Positions 1-12,015 of a stretch of 64,000 nucleotides of DNA are shown here, one piece after another. The DNA comes from Haliotis rubra. Its lineage: Eukaryota. The first letter of the stretch is position 1, and each line of letters opens with the position of its first letter. Location of the stretch: the NCBI RefSeq assembly GCF_003918875.1, contig NW_025765725.1, positions 1,426,001 through 1,490,000 of the forward strand, read 5' to 3'. The notes below the pieces were generated by a model that saw only the letters and a list, made by a program, of their open reading frames with translations, had not been told where the DNA came from and made no database searches. The translations under genes were made by a program, and so were the position numbers.

Positions 1-780
1 TAGCGAGGTGATGACTTCCGAGACCTGCGCTTCATTCAGCTAAAAACACCTCTCGCCTCGATAATATACAATAAGTACGACAATACATTGGATTGTTAGC
101 CTTTCGCCAGACCGACCCCATGCTCACTAAAAAGTGATTATTTCCTAAACTATTTGAGGATTTCCCCAAAAATTTCATCTTAGATCAAATCAATTTACAA
201 TTTTCAAAGCCTAATGAATTAGGTTTGGTGAATTTTGCAAGATAATGTGAAAGTTTATTTGAAGGAATATATCATTAGATTTAATTACATGTATATTGCA
301 TGAGCTTTGTTGGCTATCGATCACCTATAAAAACCATATAAAAATAAACACAAACATGTTCGGTTTCAACATCAATGTCAAAAGTAGCTACATTTGTCTA
401 CATGTTAAGACGTGGAAAGCGGTCGATTTCTCGGCTTTTCCGATTCGCGCCGACAGACGTGTCACGAAATGCTTCAAATGTAAACAAAATGTAATATGTC
501 ATGACCAACTGATATAGGGGCTATAATCAATGATCATTCAGTTGATAAGTCGATTTCAAAAACATTTACTACTTGGAAATATCAAAACCTTGCGAAGTTT
601 GGGACTCACTCTCTACCGGGATCGACTGTCTATCTAAGAAATGGTAGTTGAAGACGACCAACTTCCGCTTGAGCATGAACGGGGAAGCACGAAACCTACT
701 TCATCTACAGAGGGCTACGGTTATCATTTTGTGACAGTAATTCAGCATCAATCAGTGACATTGATATTACAATAGAACCC

Positions 781-1140
781 AGTAGATTTCACATAATTTC
801 ACTGAATGTCTGCCGTTTACGTATTAAGCTCCAATATCAGGGCTTAATAGATTAAATAAATACAGTTAGTATTGTTGGATTTCAAGAAATATAAACAGAT
901 GTTATAGATGACGTGATTGATATTGATAGCTTTAAAACAGTGTTAACTAGCAGGGCTTCTGGACAGAGACGTAGGAGGTGTTGTGTTTTGATTAAAAATG
1001 ATATCTCTAAATATGTAACAGTTTTTCAATCAGATTTTGATGTGACACTAGGGATTAAGATTGGCAAGTGTGTATTTCAACCTCCGGACGAAGTCTTTAT
1101 TGGATTTGTTTGCATCTTTCCATTCCAAGATGGAACTTAA
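781..1140 (+). mobile_element. Decayed LINE ORF2 N-terminus (APE endonuclease)
   Basis: Frame from 781 reads HIISLNVCRLRIKL...IVGFQEI*TD...CCVLIKNDI, matching the APE motifs S(W/L)NV.GL and (F/L)QET, with two in-frame stops. Confidence 0.7.
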
Positions 1141-1236
1141 AACGTTTACCAGGAATCATTCCCAACTACGAGTAGGTCTACAACCAACACAGGCAAGGGC
1201 AAATGTTCTTTAATTAGCAACTGTTTTCTAAAATTA

Positions 1237-1326
1237 GAGTGAGTGAGTGAGTTTAGTTTTACACCGCACTCAGCAATCTTCCAGCTGTATGGCGGCGGTC
1301 TGTAAACAATCCAGTGATTAACAGCT
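1237..1326 (-). mobile_element. SINE family B 3' fragment with (ACTC)n tail
   Basis: gagtgagtgagtgagtttagttttacaccgcactcagcaatcttccagc is the reverse complement of the tail of the other SINEs in the window; the body matches 4316-4497 and 14805-14986. Confidence 0.7.
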
Positions 1327-2843
1327 GTCATCAACGACAACGCGTCTCCTTACTTTTATCTCGGTGCTGTACATTAATTGTGGTGAATGTTTTTTTTGCT
1401 TGTGGGTAACATCACACAGTTTGGACCTACTTGTGGTGTGTCGTTCTGACTGTGTCACCTTGTTACATATCCGGTGGGCATGGACGAGGTTGTTTTCAGT
1501 GGTTCTCAACTTGGAATATGTTTTTATGCCTTCGACATCGGAATATCCACCTAACATGGTGGCTAATATCACATACACTCTTCAAAGAAAGAATGCAGAT
1601 TTTGTTTTCAATGCTAATTGCAAATTGTTTTTATAATTTTCTTTTCCAAAGGTAGTTTTCTGTCATTTTAAATTATATTTCAATTATATTCTAACAAGTT
1701 ACCAAAAAGCAAGAAGTAATTTCAGTGGTCTTTCCATGTAATCAGTATTTAATAAGAGCCTAGCAGTAAGTCTAGAGAGGAGCCAGGGCAGTGTGTGGTC
1801 ATGTGACCCAAAGCATGTGCAGTTCATGCAATCCAGCCACATGGCATAAGAGTGGAAGGCCTCAAGGTGTACAGATGTGTGAACAGAGATGGTCTCTGGT
1901 GTAATGACAAGAGTGTTGGAACACAAATGTAAGTTTATTTCATGTATTTGAGGTTATCTGTCAATTCTGAAAGGTTGGAGTAATGACTTATTTTGAGTAT
2001 AGTATTTTATCATGCTTGTGGTTATTGAATAGGAATTGGAATTCTAAAGTAATGTTTGCATTTCATTGCAGAAATAATTCTATTCTCAATTCATGTTTCA
2101 TTTGAATTATTATTCAGCCAATGTAACTACTAACACAGCAGTAATTATGCCTTAAAGTTATGCTGCTGTAAGTAACTTGTTTCAGAAACTGTTTTATGGT
2201 ATTGTTTGTCAAAGCATATTTAGTAAGGTATTTTTTGTTTCTTTTTAGTTTCTGAACCTCGCCATTTAATGAACCTTGCCATTAAATGAACACTGGTCTA
2301 TCTAAAGGCTAATGGAAGAGACCAGCTTTAATGTTACCAATTCATGGATTTGTGTAGTATTGTGCCGACAGTTTCTAACCGTCCCTTGACATGTGGACTT
2401 CAATGTCGTCAAGGTTATATTGCCAAATTGTCACCAGTACAACCAAATGCCACAACGTGAATAAATGAACATGACGAATATGCTCCAGTGAATAAACTTT
2501 GTTAAATGGTGCGAGTTTTTCGTATTTGTAGTTCTTGCATCAACAAAACGCATAAGCCATTTTGAGAAGATCGCCTTATTCTGTAGCAGAAATGAAGTAT
2601 GGACATGGCAAGGACAGAGAGAACTCGACTTCCCTCAATCCACAGACACATCGGCAGGCACTTGGATGAATCCGCAATGAAACAGGATTCACTAGGTTTA
2701 CTTATTCGTGTTACTATCACACTGCAAAACATGATTAGTCGGCAATCGTTACCCTTAAGTGTTACCTATTATCATATTGTATATTTCTGACTCATGTGCG
2801 GTTCTTTTATTTAAATTTACTGTAAAGTTGTATGGATATGTGC

Positions 2844-3219
2844 GGAGCGCAATAGTGCAGTGGTAAGGCGTCTGCCTATCACGCTGAAGGCCCGGGTTCG
2901 ATCCCCGTGGAGGCACCTAGGTTTGGGTCCCGAGGTGGGCACATTTGCGTTTATCCTTGGACAAGATACTTAGATCCACATTGTCTCAGTTCACCCATCT
3001 GTAAAATGGGTACCCATGAGGATGTGCTAGCAATGTGAGTGTTTAGTCCAATGTGCCTAACAGGCACCATGGCTGTATGATCTCCAGGGAGTTGAAAAAG
3101 TATCGGAAAGTACGATAGTGTCCTAAGACAGGGCATAGTAATGTACGTAGCGCCGTGAGCAAGCAATGTGCCTGGATATGAGCGCAATATAGGCGGATTA
3201 TTACTAGTATTACTATTAT
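2844..3219 (+). mobile_element. tRNA-derived CORE-SINE
   Basis: tRNA-like head with A box (tagtgcagtgg) and B box (ggttcgatcc). MIR-like CORE block tccttggacaagatactt...tgtctcagttcacccatctgtaaaatggg at 2954-3010. L2-like tail ending in (ATT)n-like repeats. Confidence 0.85.
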
Positions 3220-4315
3220 ATCCAGCAGTGAGATTTCGTGTTACACGGATTACAGTGATATCATAAGGTATCAGTACACTGTTGCTTCCCGAGGTTTTAT
3301 GAAGCTAACGGAATGAGACGAGGGATTCCGAATGCCAGTCAGTGTCAGTGATAAGTATTTTCAGTTCACTTAAAAGGTTACACGTGAGAAGTTGGGATAT
3401 GAGATATTTCCTTAGTTCATAGATATGTGCACAACATACTATTTAACCTTTACTGTTTTCTGTTGAGTGTGTTTATTTTTGTGTTTAAATATCTGCTTTC
3501 TCCAGGTTTGGAATAAGCAGAGTATAACTTTGTTGGAGGCAAAACTATATTTTCTAACGGTCATTACAATGAAAGTTTTCTTTTCTAAGCTCTGCAGCCA
3601 AGATGATTCTTTTCCAACTATTTCTAGGATTCCGAGCGCCTAGTCCATCATATTAAACTTGCGACTTTCCTCGGAATAGCTGAAATATTATAGAATACAC
3701 AGTTAGTATTTATAATAGAAAATACATAATTAATAATAATTTTTAAACACACTCAAACCTGATGTGAGTGATGCGAGGGTATTATTTAAACTTATGAATG
3801 ACTAAACGTTTAAGGCTTGAGGACACTTTGGCATCGTATAGTAATGAATATTCAAACTTCACATGCCAGGTTTCGTCGAAGTCATCTACAACCACAGTTT
3901 GTTTTTGTCACGACAATGTATCTGAATATCCCCGGGGAAAAATCACTGGGACTTTCAACGGGGTAAACTTCCGCCTGGTTCTGCCTTAAACATCTGCATG
4001 AAGACAAACGTTAAATGTCAATACGATGCCATTATGTAAAGGGTCAAGATCACCGTCAATGCCTAAACGTAATAGTAATATTAAGGCAATAGTAATTGAG
4101 AATGCTACATTAATTGAGAATGAAACAGCTTACATGTTTTATGGGAACGTAGTCACTGCATGCTTAATGACATTGGGCCCGTGGAAGGAACATCAGTTTT
4201 GTTTTATGGACATCGAAGCTCTTTCGACTGTCCTTGAAATACTTGGAATTCACTGTCAAGGACCAAGGCTGAAATGATATTCTTCACAGTGAACGGGAAG
4301 CATCCAGAGGTATGC

Positions 4316-4497
4316 AAATAACTGAGTCTGGACCAGACAATCCAGTGATCAACAGCATGGGCATCGATCTGCGCAATTGGGAACCGATGACATGTATCAA
4401 CCACGTCAGCGAGCCTGACCACCTGATCCCGTTAGTCGCCTCTTACGGCAAACATGGGTTACTGAAGATCAGTATTCTAACCCGGACCTTCACGGGT
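4316..4497 (-). mobile_element. SINE-like repeat family B
   Basis: Homologous to 1237-1326 and 14805-14986 (ggaccagacaatccagtgatcaacagc...gttagtcgcctcttacg...ttctaacccggaccttcacggg). Confidence 0.75.
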
Positions 4498-5741
4498 GCG
4501 TCCAGTGTAGTAGGATGGAGCATGTGCCTGCTGGGGGCTGGTAATTGATGTGGTGAGGTTTGGGGCGACACCTAACCCTATGTTTGTTTGACATATTCAT
4601 CAGAGGTGACACACATATTTTCAAATAATAACAGTTAGATACGCGGATGCCTAAAACTCCTATATACATATACGTTTCATATTCCTACAGCTGCATGGTT
4701 TGGACTTTACATAATATTATTAATATAATACAATAGCAGTAATAATAGCCATGAATTCAGCAAAAATAATGTTACTCAAGTCACTTCATTATCCGGGTTT
4801 TAAAAAAAAGCCAAGGCTGGATATCCAGCAATATTATATTCGTACAACCGCTAAATTCCTTCCAGAATTGTCCATTCTGTGGTCTATGCTGTTTGGGATT
4901 ATATCTGACGATTCCAAACCACTGCTGCATTAGATATTAATATATTCCGACATATTTTTTGGTTGCAACACCACGTTATGAACTGAATCTAAACCGAAGC
5001 AATGTCACAGCATTGTGTATGCTACCACATGACCATTAAAGACTTGTCTGAGGATCCGAAATTCGCCGTGGGTAGTTTCTAAGGCATAACAGAACCTTGG
5101 CGAAAACACAGCTCAAAACCTCCGTTGTTTTCAGCTACGAGATAAGGGACCAGACTTACCAACACTACTAAACCGAAGACGTTATATGGGTGATATACTG
5201 TTCACAGTCACGTAGAATATCATGCCTTCATCAAAGACACATTGCAGAACGACTTCAGAGTAACACAGTCGTCTAAAGGCAAGATCCCCTGGATCTGAAC
5301 CGGAAGTTAAACATTAACCTAAACTGTCACCTGCCAGAGGAACAACGAGCTATTGCACATGCGTTTCGGAAGATGGCGGAAGAGAACCTATACACCTGGG
5401 ACATTATATCATTCTGTGATTAATCATGAAGCTTCTCTGTGAATGTACTGAATAGGCTTTTTTTGTAAATCGTAATACATGTATATGAAAGGGAAATATG
5501 TTTGCATCCGGAATTACAAAAAAACACCTATTCTAACTGAATGTCTGAAAAGAATGTGCTGGTTCTCCAAATCATGTCAGCTTATTCATTCAGAGAAAGT
5601 ACTGTATGTTATGAATCAGTGACCAAAAAACGATTATCCCACACTACTAGATCGATATTTAAGTTTTATCAGGATCCACTTCTCGTATGTTCCTTTAGCA
5701 TTAAGGGCCGGGCGAAAGTAAAATTGGGCCACTGCGTAGAT

Positions 5742-5797
5742 TAGCGCTTAAAGCATTCACTCGTCACGCCGATGACCGGGATCGATCCCCCACAATG
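5742..5797 (+). mobile_element. Truncated SINE family A tRNA-like head
   Basis: ttaaagcattcactcgtcacgccgatgaccgggatcgatccccc matches the head of 17662-17833. Confidence 0.55.
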
Positions 5798-5808
5798 GTT
5801 GAGTATAC

Positions 5809-6238
5809 CATGCTACACCAACAACCTCACTAGACTTCAGCAACGTGCATGTCACACCCAACAACCTCACTAGACTTCAGCAACATGCATGCCATACCCA
5901 ACAACCTGACTATACCTCAGCATCGTTAATGCCACACCCAACAACCTGACTATACCGCAGCAACGTGCATGCCACACCCAACAACCCCACTAGACTTCAG
6001 CAACGTGCATGTCACACCCAACAACCTCACTAGACTCCAGCAAGGTGCATGCCACACCCAACAACCTCACTAGACTTCAGCAACGTGCATGCCACACCCA
6101 ACAACCTCACTAGACTTCAGCAACGTGCATGCCACACCCAACAACCTCACTAGAGTGTTGCAACAAGCATGTCACACCCAACAACCGCACTGGACTTTTA
6201 GGAACATGAATGTCACAGCTAACAACCTCACTGGACGT
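5809..6238. repeat. 40-bp minisatellite, about 10-11 copies
   Basis: Unit acaacctcactagacttcagcaacgtgcatgccacaccca recurs at 5821, 5861, 5901 and onward. Confidence 0.95.
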
Positions 6239-7029
6239 TTACGAAAATGCACCCACATAACCTAAATGTAACATTCAGGGTGCACCTAAACAACATTAGG
6301 GAAAATACCACATGTTGCACAGACTCACACATATGAAGTGGCACAGTCACATGACTTGTTTTGGCAGGGCTGCCAGTTTGCACGAGGTTAGGTCCCCTGT
6401 ACTTACAGACATATCACCGTCACCAGGTGGCCACTGTTACAGCAGATGTGAGTGTCACAAACGTGTACCTTCAGTGATATATCTTAACTCCGATTCAGCT
6501 ACAACACCGTGGAAAAAATTACGTCGCTTGATAAAAGGGTAAACGCTAGACGCCCTACATCACAATCTGGAGGTCAGACTGCTTCTCCTGGTTTATGGGT
6601 GTTTTCGTATCCCAGTTGCGTGGGTGGATGCTCAATCCCAAGATTGTGTTGTCCAGACTCCATAATCAACGGAAGACGTTATCTAGGTGGGGTATTGGTT
6701 CAAGCAAAGTCATGGTACATACCAACAAACCTCACTATTGAGTGTAGTGAGGTATGAGCGCCATGTGACGACCCTGCGAACAGTTTGGCGTTGGAGTGGC
6801 AATAGTACTGTTTATGGAACTGCTCTGAAACTCGCATCGTCGTCAGGGAGCCAGGGAACCATCGACCGATGCTCTGAAGAACCAGCATAGTATTCATGCA
6901 CCACGGGCACATGAATGCCAGTACCAACACAAGACAAGGTTTGATACTCAAATAAACGTTACTAAAATTGTGTCGATCTACAAAACAAAACTGCGTGGAC
7001 AGGACAGAGTCGTCACAGAGTGGGTAACG

Positions 7030-7135
7030 TGTGTGAGTGTATGTTTATGTCTGTTTGTGTGTCTGTATTTGTCTATGTGTATATGTGTATAAGTGTCTTT
7101 TGGTACATTTATAAACGTGTCTGTATGTGTGTGCG
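7030..7135. repeat. Degenerate GT-rich microsatellite (paralogous copy at 44972-45190)
   Basis: Imperfect (GT)n preceded by the same flank gtcgatctacaaaacaaaact.cgtggacaggacaga.tcgtcac.gagtgggtaac at both loci. Confidence 0.8.
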
Positions 7136-7331
7136 TCTGCTTCTGGGTGACCCTAAATGGTTGTTTTCTCCCACGTGAGTATATTACGTCTGCAATACAA
7201 CGTGACATACTTCAATCACTAATGATAGAGCTGTATTCAACATGTTATGTATATATTCACGTGAGGGTTCTGACATAGCAGGTGGTAATCAAACGACCTT
7301 CACCCTGACTTCGTTGCGATAACACAGTGGA

Positions 7332-7364
7332 TATAAACCTGTACCTCACGTCAACCTGTCACTC
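7332..7364 (+). promoter_or_regulatory. Putative TATA box + initiator of the secreted propeller gene, copy 1
   Basis: TATAAA at 7332-7337 and Inr-like TCACTC with A at 7361 (29 nt spacing). The same motifs and spacing occur in copy 2 (56042 and 56071). Confidence 0.65.
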
Positions 7365-7453
7365 GCAGGATACGTCGAATCATGTGAACGGCTTCATGCA
7401 TAGATTACTCTAACGGAAAAGGACATCTCACAGGCATTTGTACAGTTCACAAG

Positions 7454-7746
7454 ATGGCCGTCTTCAAATGCATGTCGTGGTTGTTGACATCTATGTCCCT
7501 AATCTGTATTTGTAATGGCCCGGACAGTATGGTGTCTGTCCTAAACAAACTGGGACAGTTTGAGAAGGATCTGCTTGATAATAAGGTGGGCGTGCTCCTT
7601 ATGGAGAAAAGAGTACTTAACACCATAGATGTTGCCAGGGCCTCTTTGAGAGCTGAGTTGAAGGAAAACATACGGGATAAAGTGAGAGAAGCCATGGCCG
7701 AGATTCTACAAGGAGATTCTCTTCAAGACATGGTGAAAAGTCAGGT
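7454..7746 (+). pseudogene. Truncated secreted coiled-coil/beta-propeller gene, copy 1 (signal peptide and coiled coil only)
   Basis: MAVFKCMSWLLTSMSLICICNG signal-like leader, then MVSVLNKLGQFEKDLLDNK..., clearly paralogous to 56164-57474. Homology stops at KSQV where the 53-bp array begins. Confidence 0.75.
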
Positions 7747-10003
7747 TATCTACCCTGGTGACATACAGGGTTGTATGACCACTCTTATCTACAGTAACAC
7801 TGACCATCTGGTGACATACAGGGTTATATGACCACTCTTATCTACAGTAACACTGACCACTTGTTGACATACAGGGTTATATGACCACTCTTATCTCCAG
7901 TAACACTGACCATCTGGTGACATACAGGGTTATATGACCACTCTTATCTACAGTAACACTGACCACTTGTTGACATACAGGGTTATATGACCACTCTTAT
8001 CTCCAGTAACACTGACCATCTGGTGACATACAGGGTTATATGACCACTCTTATCTACAGTAACACTGACCATCTGGTGACATACAGGGTTATATGACCAC
8101 TCTTATCTACAGTAACACTGACCATCTGGTGACATACAGGGTTATATGACCACTCTTATCTACAGTAACACTGACCATCTGGTGACATACAGGGTTATAT
8201 GACCACTCTTATCTACAGTAACACTGACCATCTGGTGACATACAGGGTTATATGGCCCTTCTTATCTACAGTAACACTGACCATCTGGTGACATACAGGG
8301 TTATATGACCACTCTTATCTACAGTAACACTGACCATCTGGTGACATACAGGGTTATATGACCACTCTTATCTACAGTAACACTGACCATCTGGTGACAT
8401 ACAGGGTTATATGACCACTCTTATCTACAGTAACACTGACCATCTGGTGACATACAGGGTTATATGACCACTCTTATCTACAGTAACACTGACCATCTGG
8501 TGACATACAGGGTTGTATGACCACTCTTATCTACAGTAACACTGACCACTTGTTGACATACAGGGTTATATGACCACTCTTATCTCCAGTAACACTGACC
8601 ATCTGGTGACATACAGGGTTATATGACCACTCTTATCTCCAGTAACACTGACCATCTGGTGACATACAGGGTTATATGACCACTCTTATCTACAGTAATA
8701 CTGACCATCTGACGACATACAGGGTTATATGACCACTCTTATCTACAGTTATACAGGGTTGTATGACCACTCTTATCTACAGTACATACAGGGTTATATG
8801 ACCACTCAGTAACACTGACCATCTGGTGACATACAGGGTTATATGACCACTCTTATCTACAGTAACACTGACCATCTGGTGACATACAGGGTTATATGAC
8901 CACTCTTATCTACAGTAACACTGACCATCTGGTGACATACAGGGTTATATGACCACTCTTATCTACAGTAACACCGACAATCTGGTGGCATACAGGGTTA
9001 TATGACCACTCTTATCTACAGTAACACCGACCATCTGGTGGCATACATAGAGAATACTACACGAGGTCTCATTACATACGAATTATACGAAACGAGTGTC
9101 CTTCCTATGGTATCTGACCGAGCGAAAGCGAGGTCAGATAACATAGGAAGGTCACGAGTTTCGTATAATTCGTATGTAATGAGACCGAGTATGGTATTTT
9201 ATTTATTACCCACGTCTTACATGCATTAAATTGACAAAATAGCGTATTTTTATTATTTTTGGTTTCAAACCGAAACCGGTTTCATAAAAAGGTTGCGGAA
9301 GAGTTTTGTACTGTAGTACAATATTTGCATGACGTCACACTGTAATGACGTCACTGCCTTGGTAACCGACGTCAGGATGCATGTCAGTTGTCATCGCCTC
9401 GTACAGCCTCCTACAGTAAACTACTCCGTAGCACCCCGTTTCTTGGTTTGCAGTTGCTTCGTTCGGCTAACATTACAGGTGGAAACATTGCGTTTCTGTT
9501 TTTCGACGGATATAATGTCTCAGTTCGACTCACAATTAAACAGCGACACGGCAACGTTCGCAATGTTTACATTCCCACAATGCATTTAAGTTGTAGAATG
9601 AATGAATTCACGTGTTCGTTATGAATGAAAACATAGTTACGTCAGAATGTGACCTAATTGAGAGGTCATCGGTTATCCAATCAAATCGTTAGAATCTCAG
9701 GTCAAGTCGTTACAACACAGGTCAACGCGATACGACACTCGTGTGACGTACGAGATTAGTATGCAACTACCCATACGTTGACCACGTGGGTAATAAAGGG
9801 TTATATGACCACTCTTATCTTCAGTAACAACGACCATCTGGTGGCATACAGGGTTGTATGGCCCCTCTTATCTACAGTAACACTGACCACTTGGTGACAT
9901 ACAGGGTTATATGACCACTCTTATCTACAGTAACACTGGCCATCTGATGGCATACAGGGTTATATGACCACTTTTGTCTACAGTAACACTGACCATCTGG
10001 TCA
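7747..10003. repeat. 53-bp minisatellite array, interrupted at 9048-9797
   Basis: Unit gacatacagggttatatgaccactcttatctacagtaacactgaccatctggt (e.g. 7813, 7866). About 24 units before and about 4 after the insertion. Confidence 0.97.
9048..9797. mobile_element. Non-autonomous hairpin-ended element with asymmetric inverted repeats and no TSD (Helentron/HINE-like or Crypton-like)
   Basis: Splits one repeat unit cleanly (gcataca|gggttatatg). Hairpin at 9053-9198; perfect 14-bp inverted repeat at 9202-9215 and 9784-9797; small stem-loop at the right end. Confidence 0.8.
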
Positions 10004-10117
10004 CGTAGTCCAAACATAATTACCACTACCACTAAAGATTACGTTAGGTTTCCTCGGTCAAGTAGATTAAGACTGCATCTGTACTGTCTACTTGGTCTAG
10101 GGTATAGTGTGTCTGCC

Positions 10118-10373
10118 TGGTGACTCTGTGTTACAATGGTTGTCGGGGTAACCCTGTCTTACAAGGGTGGTCAGGATAACCCTATGTTACAAGGGTGGTA
10201 AAGGTAACCCTGTGTTACAAGGGTGGTCGAGGTATCCCTTTTTACAAGGGTTGTCGGGGTAGCCCTGTGTTACACGGGTGGTCAGGGTAACCCTGTATTA
10301 CAAGGGTGGTCGGGGTAACCCTGTGTTACAAGGGTGGTCGGGGTAACCCTGTGTTACAAGGGTGGTTGGGGTA
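10118..10373. repeat. 28-bp G-rich minisatellite, about 9 copies
   Basis: Unit gggtggtcggggtaaccctgtgttacaa (10301 to 10329 period). Confidence 0.93.
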
Positions 10374-10379
10374 AGGCAA

Positions 10380-11175
10380 AGTGCTTTTTACATTCAAATT
10401 CTGATTGGGGAGTGGGCCAGGCAACCTTGTACTGGTCATTAATTCTTTCTAAACTAGATTATGGCTCCAATGTCTATGGTGGAACTATTCACCACCAGGG
10501 CCTAAGTCTACATCTTGGAGATTATAGGACCTCTACGATGAATAGTATGTATGTGGAGGCTGATAAACCTCCCCTTGACAAATGCCACATGGAACTTTCA
10601 ATAAAAACCCAGTATGCAGGTGTGTTTACAACCCTCTCTATGAAAATCTGTTTCTTAATCTGCAGGGCCTGGTTCCACCTATTGGAATCAAGATTCACGC
10701 ACACCTCTCTGCATTTAGAATTGATCTCATTATCTTATCACCTTGCTGACATCGGTCTTCCCCGTGCTGGCAGATGGCGAAGGCAGAGTGAGACCTTACC
10801 CTCACAAACTGAAACGTCCGAGACAAATCCTTTGATGTTTCAACTGCATGCTACCAATAGACCCATTCTTACAGACGCATCCACAAATGGTGGCAAAGTT
10901 GCCAGTTTTACTGTCATTGGATCTAAGAAGGTCTCCTCAATAATCCCAGACAGTTCGTTAATATCCACTGTTGAGACCCAATCTGTCTCTACAGCTTAAC
11001 ATAGTTAACAACAAAACTTAAATAATCCATCATCTGTTCAGATTCACTTCAGGTACTTCAAACTGTCAGTTGGAGTCATCTTAACAATCTCAACATTTTA
11101 CAGCTTTACAACGAGCCTTCTACTGGTCAAAGTGACATTGACTTTTGTTGGTTTCCAAATCGTGTGGGCATAGGT
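10380..11175 (+). mobile_element. Decayed Nimb/I-clade LINE ORF2 fragment (post-RT to RNase H)
   Basis: SNSDWGVGQATLYWSLILSKLDYGSNVYGG...YVEADKPPL aligns with SNSKWGGDQATLLHLYTSLVRSKLDYGSIVYGG...YVEAEEPSL of the LINE at 58176-63230. Confidence 0.85.
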
Positions 11176-12015
11176 AATATGTGGTAATAATAGCAGGTAA
11201 TACAAATACCACCACAACCACGAGAAGTTTAACAGTTTCTGCTGATGTCTGTGTCTGATCTCAGAAAGGTTAAAATTGTGTGTCATTCCATGAATATGTT
11301 CCTTTAGACAGTGCACATCACCGCGATATGTGTCCAGTCATTTCAAGAAATATTCATTTTGACATGCCAGCAGTTACCTATGTTTAGCACGTGTCTACTT
11401 GTTTCTGTAAGAACGGACATATTGTTTCGATTTTGAAATATATAGTCTTGGTATGTCAATGGTTGTTACTGTACTCAGTGCATGCATGTAGTTCTGTCTG
11501 TCACTTTGTTTAAAAAACACACGAAAACAAAGCACTGCCAAGATAAAGTATTCAAAATCGTGCCACGAATAATAATGCTTACTTGTATCTCATTTGTTCT
11601 GTCTTTGCCACTTGTGTTTATGGTTTTGTCAATATTTGTTATTGACTCTGTTGATGAAAGTTCCTCCACCAAAGTGTTTCCATTAAACATTTGCTGTTAA
11701 CTTCGACAAACAGAGCAAGTAGATCACACTAGCTTTATGCACTTTGTTTTGCTTATGTTTTTCACATGTTATGTTAAAGTAGGTATTGAACACGCACCAG
11801 GTCACCTGGAATACAATATGCTTGCCAACCATTATCTCAGTTCCATCTGTGGATGCAGATGCAGTGTAGCTTGTCATTTATGTATATGACACACGGAGCC
11901 TAAGTAACAGCAGCATATACTTAACATCGAACAATTCCTTCATCTTCTGCAGTAAGTCGACAATTTGAAGTTGGCCTAGGAATTAGTGTTGAATGACATG
12001 TGAACGCCCAGAACC

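Noticed and set aside
1760-1935. Exon-like GC-richer block ending in gtaagt
   Set aside because: Stops in all three forward frames and no recognisable protein or partner exons.
5036-5700. Possible TTAA-type MITE
   Set aside because: Only one plausible end (gttcctttag); no matching TIR or TSD found.
7747-10003. CRISPR-like regular array
   Set aside because: Units are contiguous near-identical 53-mers without unique spacers; no cas genes; eukaryotic context. The same applies to the 40-, 28- and 37-bp arrays.
10334-10999. 221-aa ORF as a host gene
   Set aside because: Starts in the 28-bp repeat and drifts in and out of frame with Nimb LINE ORF2.
11475-11690. Antisense coding exon head-to-head with the IR genes (similar peptide at about 38120-38200, followed by gtaag)
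   Set aside because: The reading frame and donor position are not consistently preserved among the three copies; the similarity is explained by duplicated upstream DNA.
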